A DNA stretch of 64,000 bases from Eledone cirrhosa. Taxonomy: Eukaryota. This document shows positions 14,015 to 26,497 of the stretch, in pieces. Both the position numbers and the translations under genes were made by a program. The DNA is taken from positions 391,778,001 through 391,842,000 of the forward strand of contig OZ024741.1 in assembly GCA_964016885.1 (NCBI GenBank), given 5' to 3'. The first letter of the stretch is position 1. Every line of letters begins with the position of its first letter. Under the pieces are notes generated by a model. The model ran no database searches. It had not been told where the DNA came from and was given only the letters and a program-made list of their open reading frames with translations.

Positions 14015-15006
14015 TACTATATATTTTCAACAGTAATACTATACTATATATTTCCAACAGTAATACTGTACTATATATTTCCAACAGTAATACTATATTA
14101 TACTATATATTTTCAACAGTAATACTATACTATACTATATATTTTCAACGCTAATACTATACTATATATTTCCAACAGTAATACTGTACTATATATTTCC
14201 AACAGTAATACTATACTATACTGTATATTTTCAACAGTAATACTATACTATATATTTTCAACGGTAATACTATACTATATGTATTCAACAGTAATACTGT
14301 ACTATATATTTTCAACAGTAATACTATATTATACTACATATTTTCAACAGTAATACTGTACTATATATTTTCAACAATAATACTATACTATACTATATAT
14401 TTTCAACAGTAATACTATGCTATGTTTTCAACTGTAATACTGTACTATATATTTTCAACAGTAATACTATACTATACTATATATTTTCAATAGTAATACT
14501 ATACTATACTATATATTTTCAACAGTAATACTATACTATACTATATATTTTCAACAGTAATACTATACTATATATTTTCAACAGTAATACTGTACTATAT
14601 ATTTTCAACAGTAATACTGTACTATATATTTTCAACAGTAATACTGTACTATATATTTTCAACTGTAATACTGTACTATATATTTTCAACAGTAATACTG
14701 TACTATATATTTTCAACAGTAATACTATACTATACTATATATTTTCAACAGTAATACTATACTATACTATATATTTTCAACAGTAATACTATACTATATA
14801 TTTTCAACAGTAATACTATACTATATATTTTCAACAGTAATACTATACTATGTTTTCAACACTCATACTATACTATATATTTTCAACAGTAATACTATAC
14901 TATATGTTTTCAGCAGCAATACTATACAATACTATACTATACTATACTATACTATACTATACTATACTATACTATACTATATATTTTCAACAGTAATACT
15001 ATACTA
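14015..15006. repeat. Minisatellite, 30-35-bp unit ACTATATATTTTCAACAGTAATACT(A/G)T with variable (ACTAT)n
   Basis: About 30 tandem copies seen directly. Confidence 0.95.
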
Positions 15007-15009
15007 CAC

Positions 15010-15054
15010 AGACGGCTTATCGTCTGTTTATCCAAGCGAAGCTAGGTACGTCAG

Positions 15055-15057
<3 letters not shown>
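15010..15057 (+). mobile_element. Helitron 3' terminus of the same family as the end at 26497-26540
   Basis: CTTATCGTCTGTTTATCCAAGCGAAGCTAGGTACGTCAGCTA versus CTTATCATCTGTTTACCCGGGCGAAGCTGGGTACGTCAACTAG (reverse complement of 26497-26539). Confidence 0.8.
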
Positions 15058-15124
<67 letters not shown>

Positions 15125-15216
15125 ATGCCGAAGAACACGCCAATCGTAGTCAGGCGCCAACCGGACGGGCCAGCTAGTACAACATAAATAACAATCAAAT
15201 TGTGTTTAAGACATTT

Positions 15217-15269
15217 AATTGCTTACGATCGTTTCATCCAGTTATAGGTCTGGAATCATCGGAGCATAT
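15217..15269 (-). ncRNA. Minimal type I hammerhead ribozyme with one core mutation (CCGAUGA), Penelope pLTR type
   Basis: Minus strand: UGCU-CCGAUGA-UUCCAG(loop)CUGGAU-GAAA-CGAUCG-UA-AGCA. Confidence 0.7.
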
Positions 15270-15428
15270 AAAAGGTTAAAACAAATATATTCCCAATCAT
15301 TAGAACATTTAATAGGATACATTATATGTGAGAAGACTAATTATAAGTGTGAAACGCAATATATTAAAGAGCATATACATTAAGTGCCTTAAACTTAATT
15401 TGATTGTTATTTATGTTGTGTATATATA

Positions 15429-16012
<584 letters not shown>

Positions 16013-16225
16013 AATATATATATATAATTGGTGTGGGATGCTTAAAGTGTCCGTAAGCGGTATGCCGTTTCAGTACTCGATGCTCTTACAGAGCAGAGTA
16101 TAATATCACATAAGAAACGGAGAATCAGTGGTGTGACGAATAAGATTTATTAGACATATTACAATCGTTTCTCTGGCGATCAGCACGAGGCACGATCGAT
16201 GCAGTGATCAAACCTGACTCTGAAA

Positions 16226-16263
<38 letters not shown>

Positions 16264-16923
16264 AATGTTTACATGAAGCACTGAAATCCTATGTAGACAA
16301 TACTATCTTCACTATCTCCAGTTTCAAAGAAGGACATTCAGTTCTGGATGGTACACTAATTTAACTCTTATTAATTTACACGTGAACATAATCCGTTCTT
16401 TTGAGTGAGGTCAAACAAATAACAACAAACCGCATCTCTCCAAGTAGAACACAAGATCGCTACAGGCGAATTTCTTCTATATTATAATCATATTGGTCTG
16501 TTAGTTTATATTCTTGTTCGGTTTCATAATTATAATACATAACTAATCTATGTATCTTTTCATATTGATTTGAACGTGTATATAATTACATTATATCACA
16601 GTATCACCCCTTGTCCTATTTTGAATCTAATATTTCAAAACTAACCTAGATTCTACTGTATTTTTCTCTCTGCTCCATCTTTATAGTGTTTGTTGTCACC
16701 ATGGCGATATCAGATTTGATAATATTGTTTAACAATGGTCTTGCCAGTAGTTATACTGTTGCTGCATTACACCTATAACTAACTATGTAAGGATTCACTG
16801 CTATCAACAGACCCCAGTGGTCTACAGATATACCCAGAGCGATTGGAACCCTACTCCTACAGACCATGTACAAGCCACAGTGGTCTATAACTAATTACAG
16901 ACCATTCAGAGATATACAAACCA

Positions 16924-16926
<3 letters not shown>

Positions 16927-16988
<62 letters not shown>
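16927..16988. repeat. (TC)n microsatellite
   Basis: Seen directly. Confidence 0.95.
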
Positions 16989-16991
<3 letters not shown>

Positions 16992-17281
16992 TAACTACGG
17001 TCTCACAACTACTACCACGGTCTCCAAATTCCAACAACAACAACAATTATCTGTCGCTCGCTGTTTTCACAACAACAACAACAACAGACTACAACAGCCT
17101 CACATCAGAAACAATAACAACCTTAACAGCTCTTGGTAACTGTTATATATGTACTTTTTAATTGATTCACGTGAAGTAAACTATATATAAACCAAAACAT
17201 GTATTCTTTATATTCTCGTTATTACAACTATTATTCAATAACAACTTCTAACTATTACTTAATACATTTTTAACCATTCGT

Positions 17282-17356
<75 letters not shown>

Positions 17357-17624
17357 ATATCAATAAGAGACAGTTACTTGCAATACAAGTTTCATCTAGG
17401 GTCTGACCATGATGCAGGTAAAACTTATATTACGTGGTAACTGCCACTTATTGATATAAAATAAACAATCTAACTCTACATACAGAGTACTGTATCAGAT
17501 AAGTTTGCAGCCAATACAACATATACTATGTTAATAGTATATCATAACTACAGTATGTCATAACTACCGTATGTCATAGCTAACGTGTGTCATAACTAAC
17601 ATATTGCAAAATTACTCTATGCAT

Positions 17625-17897
17625 CGAGATATAATAGCTCTGGTACTACAGACAAATAGTTAGAATGTCTAAGGAAAGAATCGTAGGACAGATTTTAAGA
17701 GCAAAGACAGCCGACAGGAGACTCAGAGGTAAATCACTAGCAAGATAATTGGATAACATCTATGAGCTCGGTTGGTCTCGCTTGGGGATCCAGGCGGATC
17801 AATTGGAGACTGTTACTTCTAATAAGATCCTCTGGAAGGCGTGTCTGAGGATTCCGCAACCGCAACCCTCTCATGAATAAGTGGGCGAAGAAGATTA
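17625..17897 (+). mobile_element. RTE-type LINE 3' fragment, same family as 19200-19720
   Basis: Shares GTTAGAATGTCT.AGGAAAGAATCG and TGGGGAT.CA..CGGATCAATTGGAGA with 19500-19660. Confidence 0.75.
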
Positions 17898-18100
17898 TGC
17901 ATCATAACTAACGTGTACCCAAGCTAAGATGTATCATAACTAGATTGCTTATTATTATTGACCTACGGGATTACTCTATCAAAATATGTTACTACTCATT
18001 TCAACGTTCGCTGCTAAGCAACTCTCAAGTATAATGTTGGCTTCACTTCTAAATTATACAAGAAGTTAAATTACGGCATTTTATCTATGGACCATCTCTT

Positions 18101-18990
18101 AATAATAACAATAACAATGGTTTCTAATTTAGGCACAAGGCCAACAATTTTGAGGAGAGAGAAAAGTCGACTAAATTGATAACAGAGCTTGACTGGTACT
18201 TTATTTCATCGATCTCAGAATAATAATGATAATAATTGTTTCTACTTTTGGCACAAGGCCAGCAATTTCAAGGGAAACGGAAAGTCGATTAAATCTACCC
18301 CAGTACATTACTGGTACTTTATTTTATGAAAGGCAACGCTAACCTCGGTGGGATTTGAACTCAGAACGCAAAGGGACGTAACTATATGCCGCACAGCATG
18401 TTGTCCGATGCTCCACCGATACTGCCCAGTCATTACTACTGGGCATGACGACCCTGCCCTACATAAGTACCAGGCTCAGTTTGCTCCGGCTGGTAGTACC
18501 TATCCAATCTAGGTTCGAAAAGTCTGCTACTGGAACAAACTCTTTCATAAATAATGATCACCAAAATTTTAACAATTCTAACCTTGGACCATCGAACTCT
18601 GCATCAAATAAATTTTCTTTAAGAATCCGCCAGAAATGAACTTGCGAAGAGTATACCCAAGTTATGACAACGTTCTACTCAGCCCTAGAAAATTCTTCCT
18701 CTAGCATCACAAATCCAACTTACGGTGTCTGGAAAGAAAATATTGGGAATGATGCAGGCACATACATAGATGTTTTCTCCTCCAGCCGTCGACTTGTAAG
18801 TGTTCGATAAGGTTATTAATCACCTCAATTTCACAAGTATTGAATGGCCTTCAATAACATTGACAGGCATTTTATTTTATCGATACCGGAAGTTGAACTC
18901 GGTGGGATTTGAACTTAGAACGCAAGAAGTTGTAACTAAATACTGCAAAGCATTTTGTTCTACCGAATCTACCAATCCACCGTTCTAACC
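18101..18990 (-). mobile_element. Cluster of tRNA-derived SINE copies (about 18101-18435 and 18860-18990)
   Basis: Same motifs as the SINEs at 11921-12255. Confidence 0.7.
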
Positions 18991-19199
18991 TCAGAAAATA
19001 ATAAGATGATTCATAGGTGATTAGCTCTGTCAGAATGGACGCAGCATGGCGGAATTGTTAAGGAGTACCCAATGATCAGGTCCCGGATTTGATCCCACAA
19101 AGTGATATCTTGGGTAAGTCTCATTAACCATAGTCTCGGGTCGACCTATGAGTGAAATTAGGGCCGAGTTCACGAATGATGGAAGGCAGGAGGCTGAAT

Positions 19200-19877
19200 A
19201 AAGTGCAAGAATTGTTGGAGTTGGGTCTGTAATACACCAGCTTCAGCATTCAGAAATCAGAAGAGAGGTAGGCGTAAAAACCAAACTTGTTATCTTCAAT
19301 TCAGTATTCGTGCCCAGGAATCTTGAGTAATAATCGAAAGAGTACGATCGCGAATACAAGCGGCCGAAATGAGGATCCTCCGAAGGGTCTTTGGAGTAAC
19401 GTTACTCGATAGAGTTCGTAGCTCAGTGATCAGAGAGTCACTCCAGGTAGAGCCGCTACTTCTCTGATTTGAGAGATCACAATTCTAATACTATGGACAT
19501 GTCGTTAGAATGTCTCAGGAAAGAATCGCTGGACAAATTTTACAGGCAAAAAAAACAACCGGCAGGTGACCTAATGGTAGACCTCGAGCGAGATGGTTGG
19601 GTAACATCCATGAGCTTGGCTGGTCTCACTTGGGGATTCAACCGGATCAATTGGAGATGGTTGCTTCTGATATGATCCGTTGGAAAGTGTATTTGGGGAT
19701 CCTGACCCACGACCCTCCCAAGAAGAAGAAGAAGAAGAAGAAGAAGAAGAAGAAGAAGAAGAAGAAGAAGAAGAAGAAGAAGAAGAAGAAGAAGAAGAAG
19801 AAGAAGAAGAAGAAGAAGAAGAAGAAGAAGAAGAAGAAGAAGAAGAAGAAGAAGAAGAAGAAGAAGAAGAAGAAGAA

Positions 19878-19922
<45 letters not shown>
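19200..19922 (+). mobile_element. RTE-type LINE 3' fragment with expanded (GAA)n(GAC)n tail, apparently inserted in a SINE
   Basis: RSRIQAAEMRILRRVFGVTLLDRVRSSVIRESL (RTE C-terminus); repeat at 19720-19922. SINE-like head at about 19040-19180 and SINE-like body at about 19925-20075. Confidence 0.75.
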
Positions 19923-20129
19923 CCTTGTCACACACTCTGTCACGTTGAATCTCCCAGAAAATTAAGTTATGATTACACGTGTCCGTCGAATTTTCAGTCA
20001 CGAACATATTAATTTCATGACCAGGCTGTTCCATTTATCGAACGACCGGAACACTCATCATCGAAACCGACAGAGGTTGATTCTGTAGAGTTAGAATACA
20101 TAGCTTTCAGTACTTAGTTTCTGATGATT

Positions 20130-23100
20130 AAATACATGTTAGTTGTGATACATGTCAGTTATGATACATGTCAGTTATGATGCCTGTTAGCTATGATAAA
20201 TGTAAGTTGTGATACAGGTTAGGTATGATACATATTAGTTGTGATACATGTTTGCTATGATAAATGTTAGTTGTGATACATGTTAGTTGTGATACATGTT
20301 AGCTATGATGCATGTTAGCTATGATAAATGTTAGTTGTGATGCAGGTTAGGTATGATACATATTAGTTGTGATATTTGTTAGCTATGGTATATGTCAGAT
20401 ACAGGTTAGCTATGATACATGTTAGTTGTGAAGCTTTTTAGTCATGATACATGTTAGTTATGACAAATTATGATATAGGTTAGTTATAATACATGTTAAT
20501 TATAATACATGTTAGCTACGATACATGTTAGTTGTGATAAAAGTAAGTTATAATACATGTTATATATAATACATGTTAGCTATGATATATGTTAGCTCTG
20601 ATATATGTTAGTTGTGATATATGTAAGTTATGACACGTTCGTAGTGATCCATGTTAGATATGATACGTTACGTGTGATACACGCTAGCTATGATGCATGT
20701 TAGATATGACTCACGTCAGTTGCGACACATGTTAATCATGACAGATTAGCTAGGATACATGTTAGATATGATATATGTTAGTTATGATACATGTTGTTTG
20801 TGATACATCTTAATTGTGATACATGTTAGTTATGATATATGTCAGTTATGATTCATGTTACTTGTGATACATGTTAGCTATGATACATATTAGTTATGAT
20901 ACATGTTCGTTATCATACATGTTAGTTGTAATACATGTTAGTTGTGATACATGTTAGTTATGACAGGTTAGCTAAGATACATATTACTTATGATATATGT
21001 TAAATATGATACAAGTTGGTTATGACATAATGATACATTTTAGTGATAATACATATTAATTGTGATACATATTAGCTATGGTACAGGTTAGTTAAGATAC
21101 ATGTTACTTATGATACATGTTACGTGTGATACATGTTACTTATGATACATGTTAACTATGACATATGTTAGTTCTGGTATATGCTATTTATGATACATGT
21201 AAGATATGCTACAGAGTAGTTCTGATACATGTTAGCTATGATACATGTTAGCCATGATATATTTTAGCTACGATACATGTTAACTATGATACATGGCAGC
21301 TATAATGCATGTTAGTTATGATACATGTTATCTATGACACCTGATAAGTATGATGTGTTAGCTATTATACTTGTTAGTTTTGATACAAGCTAGCTATGAT
21401 ACATGTTAGTTATGATACATATTAATTATGATACATGTTAGGTATGATATATGGTAGTTGCGGTACATGTTATTTATGATAAATGCAAGTTATGATACAT
21501 GTTAGTTATGATTCATTTCACTTGTGACGCATGTTAGGTATGATACATGTTAGCTAGTATACGTGTTACTTGAGATACATATATGGTTTGCTACATGTTA
21601 GTTGTCATAAATATTATCTATGGCACGTGTTATCGATAATATATGTCAGTTGTAATAAATGGTAGCTATGATACATGTCATCTATGATACATATTAATTA
21701 TGATACATGTTAATTGTGGTACATGTTAGTTATAATACATGTTACCTATGATGCAGGTTTGTTGTGATAAAAGTAAGTTATAATACATGTTAGTTATGAT
21801 ACATGTCAGTTGTGATACATGTTAGTTGTGATACATGTTAGCTATGACACGTTAGTTATAATACATGTTACCTTTGGTACATGTTAGTAATGATACATTT
21901 TAATTATGTTACATTAGTTGTGATAAATGTTAGTTATGATACATGTTAGGTATAATACATGCTATTTATGATGTATGTTATGTATCTTAGCTATGATACT
22001 TGTTACATGTGATACATGTTATCCATGTTGCCTATTAACTATGATACATGTTAATTATGATACGTGTTAGTTATGATACATGTTAGTTATGATACGTGTT
22101 AGTTGTGATACATGTTAGTTATGACTCACTTTAGATATGACAGGTTAGTTGTGATACCTGTTAGATATGATGCATGTTAATTATGATACATGTTACTTTT
22201 GATACGTTATTTGTGATACATGTTGGTTATGACATGTTAACTGTGATACATGGTAGTTATAACATGTTATTTGTGAGACGTTAGTTGTGATACATGTGTT
22301 ACATATTAGTTGGCTACATTTTAACTATGATGTGTTAGTTATGACACACGTTAATTATGACAGGTTAGTTGTGATACATGTTAGCTACGATACTGTTTTC
22401 CTATGATACATGCTAGTTATGATAAATTATAGATATGATACATGTTAGCTATGATAAATGTTAGTTATGATGCATGATATTTATAACAGGTTACTTGTTA
22501 TGATACATGTTAGTTATGATACATGTTAGGTGTGATACTTTTAACTAAGATACATGTTAGGTATGGTACATGTTAACTATGATACATGTTGTTTGTGATA
22601 CATATTTAGCTAAGATACATATTAGTTGTGACACACTTTAGTTATGACAGGTTAGTTGTGATACATGTTACTTATTATATATACCTCTTAGTTATGATAC
22701 ATGTTATCTATGATACATATTAGGGGTTATATATGTTGGCTATGATATATGTTAGCTATTATACATGTTAGCTATGATACATGTTAGATATGATACATGT
22801 TAGATATGATACATGTTATGTATGATACATGTTAGCTATGATACATGTTAGATATGATACATGTTATGTATGATACATGTTAGATATGATACATGTTAGA
22901 TATGATAGATGTTAGATATGATACATGTTAGTCGTGTTACATATTAGTTGGATACATTTTTACTATGATACGTGTTGGTTATTTCACGTTAATTGTGACA
23001 GGTTGGTTGTGAAACATGTTAGATGTAATACATGTAAGTTATGACAGGTTAGTTGTGATACATGTTAGTTGAGATACATGTTATTTATGATAGATATTAG

Positions 23101-24400
23101 TATTCGTTGTAATACATGTTAGTTTTGATACATTTTAGTCGTGATGCGTGTTAATTATGACACGTTAGTTATGATACATGTTACTTGCGGTACATGTTAG
23201 GTGTGATACATTTTGGCTGATACATGTTATTTATGATACCTGTTATTTATGATACATTTTAGGTATGATACATATTAATTGTGATACATGTTCGTTATGA
23301 CACATTAGTTATACATGTTAGCTATAATACATGTTAATTATGATACATGTTCGTTGTGATGCATGTTAATTGTGATACATGTTAGCTGTGATACATTTTA
23401 TCTATGATACATTTTAGCTATGATACATTTTAGTTATGATACATGCTAGTTATAATCCATGTGAGTTATGATATGTTAGTTGTAATACATGTTACTTGTG
23501 ATACATGTTATTTATGATACATCTTAGGTGTAATACATTTAGCTATGATATATTAGGTATGATTCATGTTAGTTATGATATATTAGGTATGATTCATGTT
23601 AGCTATGATACATATTACTTGTTATACTTGTTAGCTATGATACATGTTAGTTATAATATATATCAGATATTATACTTGTTATTTATGATATATATTAGTT
23701 GTGATCCCTGTTACCTATGATACGTATTAGCTATGATATATGTTATTTGTGATACATATTTGATATGATACATGTCAGGTTAGTTGTGATACATGTTACT
23801 TATAACAGGTTAATTGTGATACATGTTAATTACGTCAGGTTAATTGTGATACATGTTAATTATGACAGGTCAGTTGTGAAAGCATGTTTGTCATAACATG
23901 TTTTTTATGACACTTTAATTGTGACACATGTTAGCTATGATACATGTTAGGTATGTCAAATATTAGTTGTGATACTTGTTAGTTATGATAGATGTTAGCT
24001 ATCATACATGTTAGTTATGATATATGTTAGTTATAATAGATGTTAGTTATGAAATATGATAGGTGTGATTCATGTAGCTGTGGCACATGTTAGCTATGAC
24101 ACATGTACGTTATCATACATGTTAGTCATGATACACTTTTGTTGAAATACATGTTAATTATGATACATGTTAGTTATGATACATGTTAGCTATGATATAT
24201 ATTAGTCATGATATGTGTTAGGTATGATACATGTTAGTTTTAATACATGTTGGTTATGTTAAACATGTTAGTTATGTGCATGTTAATTATGACATGTTAG
24301 TTATGATACATATTAGTTGTGAAATATATTTGCTATGATACATGTTAGCTATGATACATGTTAACTATGGTACATGTTAGTGGTGACAAGTTAGTTTTTA
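20130..24400. repeat. Diverged 16-bp satellite, consensus about TGATACATGTTAG(T/C)TA, about 4.3 kb
   Basis: Continuous tandem array seen directly. Confidence 0.97.
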
Positions 24401-24579
24401 TGGATGCTAATATAGCTTAGTCTGGAAGGGAGGGCCATGTAATTATACTTTTAAGGAGGGATAAAGGTGTTGTCAAACAAGAGACATTGAATGCAGACTA
24501 AAGAGAAGGTACTCAAGAGAAAGGTACCCAAGTGCTATGTGGGTTGCTAACCTGGGCGAAGGATTCTGTCTACCATCCA

Positions 24580-24770
24580 AATAATAATTGTTTCTACTTT
24601 TGGCACAAAGCCAGCAATTATCCCAGTGTATTACTGGTACTTTATTTTATCGACTCCGTAAGGATAAAAGGCAAAGTTAACCTCGGCAGGATTTGAACTC
24701 AGACCATAAAGGGCCGTAACTCTTTGCTGCAAAGCATGGCGTCCGACCCTCTACCAATACTGCCAATCCA
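24580..24770 (-). mobile_element. tRNA-derived SINE copy
   Basis: Very similar to 11921-12255. Confidence 0.8.
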
Positions 24771-25581
24771 AATGGCACTTCTTTAGAGTGTCAAACAGAT
24801 TGCCTTGGGATATTTGTTCTGTTCCGTGTTTACTTCCTGCTTAGATCAACATTACACATGCCCACATTTTGAGCGAGGTGCCAGTTGATTAAATCAACTT
24901 GAAGATTTAACTAGTACTTACTTAGAAGGATGGAAAGTGGGATTTGAATAGATAACCTTTGATCCAACGTTTTACTGCTTCTGCCGAATCACTAGCAGGT
25001 AATGTGAAGACTTTAATGGCATTGTTAGAGAACTAACTATCCAACTATTTTAACTATTATTTAACCATTTTTTTTGTTATGTGTGGACTTAAGTAACATT
25101 TTTATAGAATCTAATAGTAAGCTACTTTAACTTTTACATGAGGACTTAAACATTATTAGAGCTCAAAATTGCCAACAACTGCTACTAAACTGGTTTCCAT
25201 TAACAAGCTAACATCCCGATTTTAAAAGATTATGTCGTAAATTGCTATTGGCAGCTGAATAAAATAACATACCACTTAAATAAAGCATACAGATGGATTG
25301 AAAACATGAACAATGTGTTGATTAAACAGAACCTTTTTCAGTGAATAAACATGGCTGGTGTGGAGAATTACGTGCAGAGATAACAAATAAAAAGAAGAAA
25401 CGTCCAACATATAGATAAAAACAGAAAGGGATGGCAATTAAGTTTAAAGAGAGAAGAGAAGACTCCCAGGCAACACACTGGAAGACATCTGGACTCCAAA
25501 CAGAAAATTGATAATCTTTACATAATCATTGTTCCAGGTTTGCACAGTAAAACTATATAGTGAAAACATCATCATTGATAA

Positions 25582-25760
25582 AAGTAATGATAATGATAAT
25601 GATGATAATGAGAATGAGAATGATAATAAAAATAATGATAATAATAATAATGATAATAAGGATAATGATAATGATAATGATGATAAGGATAAGGATAATA
25701 AGGATAATGATGATGATAATAAAGATAATGATAATGATGATAATGTTAATGATAATAACA
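25582..25760. repeat. (GATAAT/GAT/AAT)n low-complexity repeat
   Basis: Seen directly. Confidence 0.9.
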
Positions 25761-26005
25761 CTGGAGGATTTTCCGTATGTAAATTTTAAACACAAATCAA
25801 GTGAAAATAAACAGAATAATGGATCGCTGTTGTTTTTTATGTGTTACGACATAGAATTGGATATTTATCTTATAGTACTATGTTCCTTGTCAGATCCTTT
25901 ATTTCTTCCTTCCTTTATTTATTTATTTATTGGTTCTTTTTATTCATATACTAATACATATCACCCAGAATAATCAATATTCAGTTTCTTTCCCAAACCT
26001 TAAAG

Positions 26006-26121
<116 letters not shown>

Positions 26122-26423
26122 CATTCTTTCTAACACCGGATTCACTCGCTCATATATTCACACAGCTTATGCTGAAAGAATAACTATGTTGCTTGTGTTT
26201 ATTTCCATCTTCGGTTAGCTTCCCCCTGTGTTGTTTACTTGTCTCACTCGCTTTACGCGTTTCTATTGTCCTAATAACTTATTTTAGTTATTATCGCTCC
26301 AACGTGAGGTATATGATTTTTAATGCGATGAAATACCCATGATCGTTTGGTAAATCACTGATGAGAGACTCATTTTATAACATGTTATCCATGTGCAACC
26401 AGCAGTATTCTTCTCACCCATAT

Positions 26424-26496
<73 letters not shown>

Positions 26497-26497
<1 letters not shown>

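Noticed and set aside
19540-20034. Poly-E/K/L/F ORFs
   Set aside because: Translation of the (GAA)n(GAC)n RTE tail.
25444-25973. Asp/Asn- or Ile/Met-rich ORFs
   Set aside because: Simple GAT/AAT repeat; no splice or domain evidence.
26325-26425. Canonical hammerhead at the CTGATGA here (and at about 10730 and 11365 on minus)
   Set aside because: No properly placed GAAA, stem III or stem I could be found in either permutation.
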